From: Eledone cirrhosa
Lineage: Eukaryota
NCBI GenBank assembly: GCA_964016885.1
Contig: OZ024740.1
Location: 96,596,001-96,660,000, forward strand
Direction of reading: 5' to 3'
Length of the DNA: 64,000 bases
Position numbers and translations under genes: made by a program. The notes beneath the pieces are model-generated. The model did no database searches. It saw only the letters and a list, made by a program, of their open reading frames with translations, and was not told the origin of the DNA. The number at the start of each line of letters is the position of its first letter. Position 1 is the stretch's first letter. Of this stretch, positions 25,075-37,684 are shown one piece after another.

Positions 25075-25112
25075 CCTTTACCGGTTTCGCAGTTCTTCTG
25101 CTTTTCAAAAGG
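25075..25112 (-). ncRNA. Minimal type I hammerhead ribozyme, identical mirror copy
   Basis: Exact reverse complement of 25183-25220. Confidence 0.82.
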
Positions 25113-25182
25113 TGAGTTGAGACGGAGGGTCTGTGGTTTTTCTCACATCTGAGAAAAACCACAGACCCTCCATCTCAACTCA

Positions 25183-25220
25183 CCTTTTGAAAAGCAGAAG
25201 AACTGCGAAACCGGTAAAGG
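25183..25220 (+). ncRNA. Minimal type I hammerhead ribozyme, U3-A8 core
   Basis: CCTT-TTGAAAA-GCAG-aagaa-CTGC-GAAA-C-cg-GT-A-AAGG. Stems I and II pair perfectly; stem III is the palindrome ACCGGT; cut predicted after 25216. Confidence 0.82.
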
Positions 25221-25308
25221 AACCAAATAAATATATATATTAAAAAAAAAAAATAAATTAAAAAAAAAAATAAGACTCCAGTTGCATTTCGATTTCATCT
25301 CTTTTCTT

Positions 25309-25343
<35 letters not shown>

Positions 25344-25379
25344 TGTAACATATCGAAATTCATATTTATCTATACACAA

Positions 25380-25561
25380 TAATTGTTTCTAATTTACGCA
25401 CAAGGACAGCAATCACCAGTGCATTACTGGTACTTTATTTGATCGACCCCGTAAGGATGAAAGGCAAAGTCAACCTCAGCGGGATTTGAACTCAGATCGG
25501 AAAGGGACGTAACTATGCTGGAAAGCATGGCGTCCGACCCTCTACCGATACTGCCAATCTA
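25380..25561 (-). mobile_element. tRNA-derived SINE
   Basis: Reverse complement of the 23870 copy. Confidence 0.9.
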
Positions 25562-25703
25562 TACGCAATAATGCGTGTAAGTGAACATGCAGACATATAG
25601 ATATACACACACACACAAACATACTCATGTATGCTGTTAGAATTTAAAAATATTTCCTACATATTGATGAGGTCTTATATCATGATTCGCTAAATTTAAA
25701 GTA

Positions 25704-25780
25704 CTTCTTCTTCAGCTTCTTCTTATCCTGCGCCACCTCTTCTTCTTCTTATTATTTTTATTCTTCTTCTTCTTCTTCTT

Positions 25781-25853
<73 letters not shown>
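25704..25853. repeat. (TTC)n/(TTA)n microsatellite; tail/target of the D1 LINE
   Basis: Read directly. Confidence 0.95.
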
Positions 25854-25854
<1 letters not shown>

Positions 25855-27736
25855 AGTTGCATTTATCTTGCTTTATGTTCATACGAGTTATCACCAAGTC
25901 ACAACCAGTGACCTCAAGAGACAACAAGGTCCGCCATGTTCAAGAAAGAACATACATATTCACACATGCATCTTTAGTGTTTAGACTTGTGATGTACTTA
26001 TATTGACAGAATCTTCCTTAGTATATGGGCAGTTCCCATTAGTACTATCTTTTGTATTTCACCTATACGCGGGTTTCCTGGGATTTGCGATAAGTAATCA
26101 TTAGACCCCTTAGGTATCATTCCCAGAGCGACTACAACCACTGGTATTGTTTTAGTTCTCAATTTCCACATTTTTCCAATTTCTATCTCCAGGTCCTTAT
26201 ACTTGCTCAATATTTCAAATGTTTTTATAGATACATTCTTGTCTATTGGAACAGACATATCAATTAGCAGGCATACCCTCTTTTTAAAGTCCTTCAATAT
26301 TATATCAGGTCTATTTGCATCTATTTTTCGGTCTGTTTGGATGCTAAAGTTCCACAAGATTGAGATGTGATCTTTTTCAAGTATGGAAGGTGGTTGATGC
26401 TCCCACCAATTCTTTTGATGGGGCAGGTCAAAATGCTTACACATTATCCAATGTATGTATTGTGCAGCTCTGTCATGCCTCTTTACGTATTCGGTTGGAG
26501 CTATAGGACTGCACATTGAAATTATATGGTCAATGGTCTCTGGTTGTTTTTTGCATACACGGCATAATGAGCTGCACGCATTTTTTATTATGTTGGCTTG
26601 GTAATTTTTTGTTGGCAGACACTGATCTTGTGCTGATATAATCAGTCCTTCAGTCTCCGATTTCAGTCCAGAGGATGCCAACCACTGATGGGCTAAAGTT
26701 TTGTCAACATCAGGATTGTTAGCTCGCTCTGGGTATTTTCCATACAGAGGCTTTTCTTGCCATTTCTTAGCCAGTTTCTGTAGCAGTTCTTTCTTTGCAG
26801 TTACTTTTACCTGCTTTGCTTTTTCTGTGTTTTCCATTTCAGCAGTAAATGGGACTTCTGAAATTTGTAGTCCATTACTGTATCGCTGTGCATCTTTTGT
26901 AATGGAATATGATCTTTTGGTGCTTTCGTGTTTCAATACGAGTTTGATCATCCAATCATGTGATTCCCTTAGATATGTGGATAATCCAATTGTTGCAGTT
27001 TTCAACGCAATGTCTAACTGGATTAACCCACGTCCTCCTTCTTTCCTAGGGAGATATATTCTATCTATGTCTGCCTTAGGGTGATGCATTCTGTGCATGG
27101 TTAAGAATTTTCGGATTTTTGTATCGAGCCTACGGATCTCTGTGCTTGACCAGTTGATGACATTGTAACTGTAGGTTACTACTGGTATGGCAAGCGTGTT
27201 TATGGCATCGATCCTATTCCTTACATTCAATTCCGTTCTTAAGATTGCTCTGACTCTGCGCTAACATTCCTTCCTTATCCTTTCCCTCATTGTCGAGTGC
27301 TTGATTCCGTCTCCTTCACAAACACCTAGATATTTGTAAGTTTTTTCTTGATCAAGCTCTCTTATCACGTTCCCCCGATCAAGATTAATGTCTGAACTCT
27401 TCAGCATCTTTCCTCTGGTGAACGTTGCTTTGGCGCATTTATCCAGTCCAAACTCCATTGTAATGTCATCACTGAACTGCTTCACAGTGGATAATAGCCC
27501 TTGCAATTGTTCATCATTTTTTGCAAATAGCTTCAGGTCATCCATGTAGAACAGGTGATTAATGGTTTTGTCATAGACTCTATATCCATGTTTTGTTTCA
27601 TAGAGCATTTTACTTAATGGTATAAGTGCGATGCTGAATAAAAGCGGTTTTAAAGAGTCACCCTGAAAAATTCCACAATTAATATTAACTTCTCCAGCTT
27701 CCAGTGATTTTGTTTCACTATTCAAAAGGAGTGGTC

Positions 27737-27737
<1 letters not shown>
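25854..27737 (-). mobile_element. R4/Dong-clade LINE family D1, 5'-truncated
   Basis: GIFQGDSL, HLFYMDDLKL, YKYLGV, RIYLPRKEGGRGL, CRVC..ETIDHIISMC, RHD, RPDIIL..LIDMSVP (RLE), C-terminal QKIVLMGTAHILRKIL. (TAA)n on both sides of the sense strand. Confidence 0.93.
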
Positions 27738-27775
<38 letters not shown>

Positions 27776-30700
27776 GGTTGGTGAAGCCACGCTTCTTATC
27801 GCCTCCAGTCTTTTTCAACGTTTTACCTCTTGTTCAACCGTTCTAAACCTTTTATTCAAGTTTTAAATTTGATAAAAGTTTAGAAGAAGTGACCCACCTA
27901 ATACAGGGGTTCACTAGTAAATGATACGGCACCCCTTTACGTATTCGTATTTGCGTAAAAATATATTTTGAAAAATTTCAATATGGATAACACAAAAAAG
28001 AGAGAGAGCGCTGTCAGACAACACAGAGAGAAGGAGACTTTATCAGCATGTCAACAAGACAGCGTTCCAGCGGAGGTAAATATAAACGAAAATATTACAA
28101 AGGAAAAAAAGATTGTTACAAATTTAAAATTAACAAATATTTCTAACACAAACAACACCAAAAATAACACCAACAACATTACCAACAACAACACCAAACA
28201 TAACAGCGGTAAAGTCGAGAACGACAATAACAAAAGGAACAGCGGTAAGTTCGAGAACGACAATAACAATGACAATAATAGTAGGAACACTATCAACAAA
28301 AACAACAATAATAACAACAGCCACAATAACAGTAACAGCAGCAACATTATCAACGAAAACAACACCAACAACTGTACCAGCGAAAAGAACAACAATGACA
28401 CCGATACCTGTAATAGCGACCTCAGCACCACCAGTAAGACCAGTAGCGGCAGCAATATTGGTGCTGCTGAAAAAGGGACCACTTCTTTTGCAGGTGTCGC
28501 CCGAAATATCGAAACAGTGTTAGTCACAGAGGAGGAGATGGCAGTCGCAAGGGCCATGGTGACAAGAAGCGCAAATAGAGTGTCCCTGAAACCTCCACCC
28601 GATTTTTTCAAGTACAAGCAGCTACGAACGGTGACTTACCGCACCGTAAGCAAAATCTCACATCGAGTGGAGAGAGCCACGGAGGCTCAAATCCAAAAGG
28701 CCTTGGGGCGCGTCTGGGCACGCAAAACCCACATCACCCGAGGCAGAAAGTACGCCACAGTAGAGATACGTTTCGCCACCCCCGAGGAAGCAAAGTCTCA
28801 TTCTTTGGAAACCCTAAAGAGTGTGGAGTTAGTCCTGGTGCCCTCCTACTGCGGGCACAAAATTGTGAGGGTCAAAGTGACCCAGGTCCCACCCGACGTG
28901 CCCATACCTTGGCGGCTGGCCGCGTCTGTCCTTGCTGGAATTGAGAACAGGGCAACCATGCTGTAAGTAGAACAAATAGGGAAAGAGAACTTGTCAGGTA
29001 TAGGCATGCAAATGCTTATACAAACTGACCAGGAATGTATCGAGTTTATCCCCGATATCATAGACTTTGAGGAAGGACTCCAACTCCCTATAAGTGTAGA
29101 AGGAAGACGGCCAAAATGTTATACCTGTGGGTCAAAAGGTCACCTCAGGGCCTTTTGCCCGCAGAAGACACCGAAGAGGGCCCCTCTACTTCCGATACCT
29201 GGTCCGCTGCTGCCAAGAGCAGGACAGGCAACAAACGAAGAAGCCCCTTCCACGGTGTGTAGGAGGGCAACGTCCGTAGCACCCGTACCAAGGCCACGGA
29301 TGACTAAAGCAGCATCATCAGGAGCGGCAACACCAATAGCTAAATTTGAAATAGCTACACCAGCAAGAACATTGCCGAAGAGGGCTCCACTACCACCACA
29401 AACAGCCGTGGTGCACATACCCCTCCCAGACGCCACAGAATCCGACATGGAGTTTGAGGTGGGACACAAAAAACAAAAAAAAACAAAAAAAACCTTAGAT
29501 TCACCCTCCAATAGCGAAGGCATACAAAGAGGGGTAAAGGCAGCAAGGAAACTTGCAGCAAAACCACCACGAACACCAACAACGCAAACACAACAAGACA
29601 CACACACAAAACAGCAACAAGAAGAAGACGGCAACAAAATCACACCTCCCCCCAAAAAGTAAACAGCCATGAACATAGCAAAAAAAGAACTCATAAAATA
29701 TATAAAGCAGCACACAGACATCACGGAAAAAAATTACTACACCCCACCAACACCAAGAACTCTACAGAAAAACATAAGCATCATCGAAATCTCATTAGAA
29801 CAATACAAACCTTTAAAACAAAAATTCCCCAACGCAGTTGGAGACTTCAGAGGGACGGTTACAAAGAGTATATACACTGACATCCTCTTGGAAACACCCA
29901 TGACCAGTGAAAGGGACGGTTCTACTGTCCCTTCACCACACGAACAAGGTAAGTGACCCTTTCTCATTTGGCCCGTTTCTCATCCAACATGGCTGTACTC
30001 AGAATAGGCAGTATAAATGCACGTGGCCTGGGGTCATCTTGGAAGCAGGGTCACCTGCTCAAACCTCAGGTCACTAAACATAGATGTGGTGGCCATCAGT
30101 GAAACCAGAATCTCCGAGGTACGGGCCTTCGCACCGATCTTCGGAGGCTACAATGTATATGCATCTCCCAGCCGTCCAGGATCGGGGGGGGGGGGGGGGG
30201 GGTGATGCCGTCCTTTTTCGGAGAGGCTTGGATCTCGCGATACGGGCCATCTTCCTGGACCCAGAAGGTAAGTCGGTGGTGCTGGACGTGACCGACAGCG
30301 AAGGCAATGCTTTCAGGCTAGTAGCCGTCTACGACCCAACAGGGGCAGGACGGCCAGATTTCAGCAGACGTCTAGAGACCTTTCTTGGAACGTCCCGCTC
30401 TTTAGTGTTAGTGGGCGACTGGAACGGTATCTTGGATGCACGCTGGGATCGTGTGGGGATAGTGGATAGGGGAGGAGGGTGAAAGAGCCTCACCAACCTG
30501 CTCAGACGTTTTAAACTGTCTGACAGGTATCGACTGGATCACACGAATGTGCCAATGTGGACATGGACAAATCGTATCGAGTCATCCAGATCGAATCTAG
30601 ATAGGGTATTCTGCAGGGTACTAGATAAGGCTAGTATAAATTGTCCACAATTTAAAATAGTCGACTACACAGACCACAAATTTGTGATCTGTGAGATCGA

Positions 30701-33009
30701 CATAGACAGACTTCATAGACAAGGGCCTGGTTACTGGAAGCTGAACGCGTCTTTCCCGGCGCGCAAGGACTACAGAGACCGGATTAGCGTATTAGTTAAG
30801 CGGGCGTTGACGGGAGCGGTCGTCAACAACAGGTGGTGGTTCGCCCTGAAAAGTGCAATTAAAGTAGAGTCGATTGGGTTTAGCAAAGGAGTAGTGATAG
30901 AGGAACATAGAGTAGATTGAGAGCTAGTCAAAGGTCTGGTGGGAGAGGCGCAGACATGCGCCATCCCGGACAGATGCATACACGACAACATCCACCTCAT
31001 GCGATACATCATAGAGAGGGTGGTTAAGGAACCTGGCAAGGGTGGGGCCCTGATCAACTTGGATCAATCCAAAGCATTCGATAGGGTCGACCATCGGTAC
31101 TTGGCGGCGGTCATCGAGGCAGCCGGTTTCGCACCCGTTTTCAGGCGTTGGATCGCAGCAATGTACAGCGACATATGTTCAGTTGTGAGGGTGAACGGTC
31201 ACATGTTGCAACCGTTCAGCATCATGCGCTCAGTCCGCCAGGGTTGTCCCGCCTCGTCCCTCTTGTACGTATTGGCTCTCGAGCCGTTACTGCACAAACG
31301 AGGGGCGATGAGGGACGCCCCCCGCGAACTAGCATGCGGGAAATCCGAGTCGGCCTACGCTGACGACGTCACCGTGGTGGTGTCGAGCACCCGACACGTC
31401 CAGATGCTCGGCACTGCTCTCACGGAATACGAAACGGTGACAGGAGCACAGATAAACCAGGAAAAGTCGGTGGGCTTGCAGCTAGGCACCTGGAGAGGCA
31501 AGTCCATGCCGTCCGACAGCGTCGTGGAGCGTTGGACGGACGGACCGGTTAAATTGCTTGGGGTCTGGTTCGGACCGGACCTCCTGATGGAGAAAAGCTG
31601 GAACGAGGTGACAAGCAGGGTGGCCACCCTCACCAGGAAATGGCTGAAGGAAGCTGTCCCTGAAAGGCCGTGCGGAAGTGGCGAATGTGTACATCGCATC
31701 CGTCATCTGCTACCGCCTCACCGTTGTCCCTTGTTCCAGCCTAACTCTCACCAAAATGGAGCGCCTCCTCTTCCGCTTTTTGTGGAAGGGACGCGCTCCC
31801 ATGGTCAGACGATCCATCTGGTGTCAACACCCGTGTCGTGGAGGACTGGGCATGCCATGGCTGATGATGCGCAAACATGCGCTGAGGCTGCGACATCTCT
31901 GGTGCTTCCTTGATGGTGAACGGGTGTGGTCGCCGTTCGCCAGGCACATTTTCCCACAGCTCGTCTCCTTGACGGAGCTGCAGTCCTGCGTCAGAAAAAG
32001 ACCGAGGGATAGCGCTTGGAAACTGGAATGTCTCCAGGCGCTCACTGCCCTCTCCCAGTTGGGCACCAGTATCGGTGGAACATTCACCTCGGCGTTCTAT
32101 AGAGGACTAGTGGAGGTGAAGAGCGACGACGTTCTCGGAGAGATCCTGGGCGTCGAAGAAGATCAGCTGCTTGCTCTCTTCCGGAGAAATTTCAGCCCGG
32201 GGCCTATGGATAACTCCCAAAAATCCCTGGCCTGGCAGTGCTACCGGGGAGCGCTGCCGGTTCGAGATAAGCTCTACAGGCACGGAAGCGCCGTCAGCCG
32301 AGCCTGTCCGAGATGCGCGCATAGCGACGAAACCGTTGTGCACGCACTCGTTCAGTGCCCGAACATTGCTGACTTGTGGAGCTATGTCGAACAGTTGCGG
32401 TCACGTGTAGTACTGATCCGGTTGTCGACTGAGTCCATTGTGCAGATGGTCTCGCCGTCTTCCTTTGAGGAGGAAGGGAAGGCGGTTTTCATCTGCCTGG
32501 TGGCCATGGCGAAAGAGATCGTGTGGTGGACAAGGTTAAAAGGATTAAAAACTAACACTTTCCTCTTCGGAGAATCCCTGATTAACTTTTTCAAGTTTCA
32601 TTTGAAGAGGAAAATCAGGGTGGAGAGGCAAGTGCTGCTTTCTAGCAAGTTTGTTGAAAGGTGGGTGAATGTAGCGAAAATGGTCCGAGTGAACGGGACC
32701 ACTCTGAATATACGTCTATAGTTTGAGAGATGGACACATTGAGAGAGGGCGCTTGCCCTGGTAGTCAAGGTGGCCGTGGTCTTTTGTGTGGTTTTCGCCA
32801 CGAGTAACCCTCGGAGGTCTCCCCCTCATTGGGGAATTTTTCATTGTTACAAATTTCATTTTATTGTTTATATATATATATGTTTTATATCTTTTTCTTT
32901 TCTTATATAAATAATAAAAATATTTACACGCACAAAACCAACATCGTACCGTCCTGTTCCGTCTGTGATGTTTTTCTTGATGTCAGCCCTTGTGGCCAAT
33001 AAAGAAATC
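27776..33009 (+). mobile_element. Tx1/L1-clade LINE family A, copy 2 (internal ~0.7-kb ORF2 deletion)
   Basis: Near-identical to 14815-20815 with the same 5' start after (TTA)n. ORF1 27983-29956; ORF2 29989-32721 with YADD; deletion junction at 30927-30930. Confidence 0.93.
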
Positions 33010-33040
33010 ATTATTATTATTATTATTATCATTGTTATTA

Positions 33041-36000
33041 CTCTTTGAGTCTCAGTCATTGATGTTAGTTAACTGGAAAGTTTGTTGAAATGAATATCAA
33101 GCCACTACCTGCAGCCTCAGATATTCAGGACTTATCCAAGGGTTCTTGCTGTTCCCAGCAAGCATGCCTTTTGAAGCGTTCCAAAAAGCGTGAAGGGGCC
33201 AATTTTTTTAACCATCCCTGGAAACCTTTTGAGATAGTCCCTAGTTCGCCTATTGACAATCGGGACCACTTTGACTTCATGGCAGTTACAAATCCTTTTT
33301 ACCTCCCACTTTAAGTCCTGGTATCGGTTAATTTTCTCCCTCTCCTTCTCTTGCACTCTCGTGTCGAATGGGCAGGCCACATCCACAATCAGGCACGATT
33401 TCTTTCTTCATCCAAAACCACCAGGTCAGGTCTATTGTGTTCCAGTTTCTTGTCCGTCTGTATCCTAAAATCCCACAGCTCCTTCATCTGATCGTTTTCT
33501 ATCACCACCTCTGGCTTATACTCATACCACTTCTCAGAATGTAGTAAATTGTTTACTTTGCATAGGTGCCAGTGGATCACCCTGCCCATCACATCATGTC
33601 TCCAGCCCTTATAGTGACTCTGGGCTAGGTGTTTACACTCGGATACAATGTGATCCACAGTCTCCTCTCTATCTCTCCACAGATCCTGCGCAGTGGGCTA
33701 GCCTCCTCCTTGTAAATATGGTGTTTCAACCACTTCGTTTTGAGGGCCTGCTCCTGCGCGGCCATTAACATTTCTTCTGTAGCATTTTTAAGGTCTCCTC
33801 TTCTCAACCAGTTCCATGTCTGTGGATCACTAAATTCAGTTTTCTCAAAGAAGGTACTATGAAGGGATTTTTCCTGAAGGCTGCTCTTTCTCCTTGATGT
33901 TATTTCCTCGTTGGACATCCCCTGGCCTATTGTCCCCTCCTTCAGTACAGTTCTGAGCATTGGCTCCTTACTATCAGTCACGTACTTGTGTAGGTTGTTT
34001 TTCTCCATCTGAACACAGTTCTCTATGCTGATAAGACCTCTTCCACCCTCAGATCTCCTTAGGTAGAGTCTATCGACATCACTCCTCTTGTGGAACATGT
34101 TGTAGATAGTCAATAGCTTCCTAGTCTTCCAATCCATTTTTTTTTGTTCAGCAACATTCCATCTCTGAATTCCCGGACTGTACCTAATAATAGACACAGC
34201 TCGGGAATTTACTGCGCTTATGGCATTTCTGCTGTTCAGATGTGACTTCAATACGCTCCTTACTCTCCGAATGTATTCAGTTCTTAACAATTCCTTTATT
34301 TTTTTGTTCTTTATGCCATCAGCCTCCAGAACGCCCAAATACTTGTATCCTTCCTCAGAGTCAATTTCCTTTATCATCTCACCTGTTGGTATCTGGATTC
34401 CGTTACTTCTGATCAACGACCCCTCCTCATCACAATGACTCCACACTTACTAATACTAAACTGCATACATATATCACTGCTGAAGATACGGACAGTGTCA
34501 ACAAGCACATGCAACTCCTTCTCACTCTTCCCGAAGAGCTTAAGATCGTCCATGAAGAGGAGGTGATTGATGGTAAGCCCTCCCTTTCCCAACCTGTATC
34601 CTGCTCTCACTTTTCGCAGTACACTGGTCAGGGGCATCAGGGCAAGGACAAACAACAGAGGGGACAGGCTATCTCCCTGGAAGATACCTCTCTTGATCTT
34701 CACGCTTCCCAAGGATTCTCCAGTTGATGTCAACTCTGTTTCCCAGGACCTCATACTCTTGCCCAACAACTGTCTGATGTTATCTGCCATCCTGAAGATC
34801 TCCAGGCTTTTGGTGATCCAAGAATGAGGCACCATGTCAAATGCCTTTCTGTAGTCTATCCATCCCATGTCAAGATCAGTGTGTCTCCTCCTGCAATTCC
34901 CCATTACCATCTTATCAATAAGTAACTGATCCTTTGTACCACGTGACTTCTTTCGGCATCCTTTCTGTTCGTTCGGTAACAAGTTGTTTGTGTGGAAGTG
35001 ATGGTAGATTTCCTCAGACATAATGCTTGTCAACAGTTTCCACATTACAGACAGACATGTGATAGGTCTATAGTTGGTACTATCATTACCCTTGATTCGG
35101 TCTTTCATTATCAGAACTGTGGTACCTTTTGTCAACCACTCTGCTACATCACCTGACATCAAGCAGTCATTGAACATGGTTGTCAGTTTCGGGTGGAGGG
35201 ATGTTATGTTTTTAATCCAATACCCCTGCACACCATCTGGGCCAGGTGATTTCCAGTTGGTTAGTTTTTTGGCCTGCCCCTTAAGAGTTTCAACTGTGAT
35301 ACTCAAATCAGTTTGTTGGTGTGCCTGCTCACCTATCGCCCTCTGTACTGTCTCAATCCACACTGCCTGGTCATTATGTCTAACATCCTGCTCTCATATT
35401 CCTCTACAGAATGTTTTAGTTTGTTCCGCCTCAGGGATCAAGTCGTTGCCTCTTTCTTTCCCCTCAAGCTGTCCAAACAGCATCTTCTGGTTGTTGTCGA
35501 ACATGCGGTTCTGTTTATACTGACTGACTCTGTTCTCGTATCGCCTGATTTTTGTACTCTTTGCTACGATGCGTTGCTTCAGTTCCAATATGATAATATT
35601 TAGCTTTTTCCTCCTAGTTTTGTACTTTATTTCCAGTCTATTTTTAGTGTCTATATTTTTTAGTGTCCCATTCAGTCGTGACTCAAGCTTTCCAATGTCA
35701 TTTCTCATTTCCCTGATTTGACCACTCAGTCGTTTCTTCCACCAAGGCTCTGCTCTTTCTTGTCTGTTGTTTCCTCTCGCTTTTATACCAAGTAGTTTCC
35801 TCACCGTATTTGCTGTTGCTTTGAGGATATTGTTGCACTGGTGAAGGCTCCTCGCCTCAAAGTATGGGATGACTTTGTTTACCTTAGCTGTTGTTTCTTT
35901 TAACTTTTTCCTGTCTACAAATCTTAGGTTCATAGGTCTCCCACTATCATTGTTCAATTCATCTACCACTAAATTTAGGATGTCAATCGAATCTTTTCCT

Positions 36001-36663
36001 AGCCCGTCAGCATTCACCTCCTCAGTCGCCGTATCTCTGTTCCAGGTATTATTTATCTCAGTATTCAGATCATTGTCTGCTTCGGGTGGTTCCTCCGTTC
36101 TCTCAACCTCTTCACCTTCATTTCCCACTGGCTCGTTTGCCTGGCATACTCCACCCTCCATCTGCAAGCTAATCTCTCTGCTCAGTCCCTCCAGTTCCAG
36201 ATCGCTTATCCACCCATTAGTTCTTATTACCCGAGCCTGCCCGGCCAATGTTTGTTCATCTAATTTAAATAGACCAATCTCGTTCCAGATGTTATGCATC
36301 CGTCTCCTATAGCCCCTCTCCTTGGTGTTACTTTTCAGGTAACATTGCATAACAGTTCTATTCAATTCTTTCGTCCAGTTGGTTCTGATCCCTTTCCTTC
36401 TTCTTCTTCCTCCGACACCAGCAGTATCTGGTTGACAGCCAGGTCCCTGCTGCTGAGCCAGGGAGCACCTGTTGGGTGAGAGTCTGTCACATGACGTTCT
36501 AGTCTCCATTTCACCGTTATTCGAACAGTTTAGGTTCGATATTTAAACACTCTTATCGAGGATTGGCGAATGTATGGTTACATAACCATCTGTGGATTCA
36601 CCATCTCCGGTGGCTGCGTCGCTCCACTCGGCTCGTGTGTGGCATTATCACCACTCTGTAGAC
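33041..36663 (-). mobile_element. R4/Dong-clade LINE family D2, apparently full length; single ORF 36509 to ~33120 with frameshifts
   Basis: N-terminal WTKELN..VMQCY...GYRRRMHNIW, PWWKKRL, NWKSPGPDGVQGYWIK, YRPITCL, IDYRKAFDMVPHSW, GIFQGDSLSPLLF, LFMDDLKL, RPDLVV, DVACPFD. The 5' end is inferred. Confidence 0.92.
36557..36663 (-). ncRNA. Possible degenerate HDV-like ribozyme in the D2 5' UTR
   Basis: On the - strand: GG-TGAAT..ATGGTTA-tg-TAACCAT..ATTCG (P4), then CCAA (J4/2), then TCCTCG pairing with upstream CGAG(T)GGA (P2). P3/L3 and P1 are imperfect. Confidence 0.4.
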
Positions 36664-37591
36664 GAACACAAATAAACAAACAAACAAACAGGCAGAAAAA
36701 ACCCAAAAAATGAATAAGCATAAGTTTATTTGTAATGTAGTTTTCGAATGTCTGACTTAGTTTTTCCCTTCTCTTCTCTGTCCGTCCGCTTGTTTCTCTC
36801 TTCATTCTTATTTTCTTTACGTTTTTTTGTTTTTGTTTTTTGTTTTTTCTTTTGAGTATATCTATATATTTTGATGCCTTCCTCTTTTTTAGTAGGAATT
36901 CTATAATGTGGTGGCAGTGCTGTGCTAGCAGCAACTAGCAGGCAGCAATGGGAGAGAATAGCGGCGGTAGCGATACTGAGGCAGTGGTGGTGGTGATGTG
37001 ATCGTATTACTGTAGTGATGGTGTTGTAGCGGTGGTAGTAATGAAGGAGTGGTGGCGGCGGTGATGGGATAGTGGTAGTAATGATGGATGGGCGGCGGCG
37101 GCGGTGACTGTAGTGATGGCTTTGTCGTTACTGATGTCCGTTCGGTGAATCTATGGGGTTAGTCGCGTACATGTGTTGACATGAATTCTCTTAATGTTGG
37201 AATTAAACATTTTGTTAAAATTTGGGACAATAATAATAGTATTTATTATTATCATTATTATGTTGAGATTGGTTGTGGTGTTGGTGAAGTTGCCGTTATC
37301 TGGCTGTTGTGTTTAGTGTACACAGAGAGGTGATGGGGTAGGTGGTGTATCTAGTTTCTGGTGTTGGTGAGATTGGTGTTGTTTGGCTGTTCTATATAGT
37401 GTAGACAGTGGAGGGGGGTTGTTCTTCTTCCATTTATAGCCATTTTCTTTTTTGAATATACAATCTACAATACAAAGTTGAATATTTGAATATTTGAGCA
37501 TTATAACAATATATTTTGTGTCCGAGTTTTTTTGGGGGCTCAAGCCGGGTGCTTTACGTAACATTTGTACTAAGAGTTGTTATTCAAAACT

Positions 37592-37593
<2 letters not shown>

Positions 37594-37683
<90 letters not shown>
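37594..37683. repeat. (TTA)n microsatellite
   Basis: Read directly. Confidence 0.97.

Positions 37684-37684
<1 letters not shown>

Larger units (their letters stand above)
24993..25312. repeat. Near-perfect palindrome (~155-bp arms, essentially no spacer) with a hammerhead in each arm
   Basis: Symmetry axis at 25147/25148 (ggtttttctca-catc-tgagaaaaacc). Flanked by (TA)n on both sides. Confidence 0.95.
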
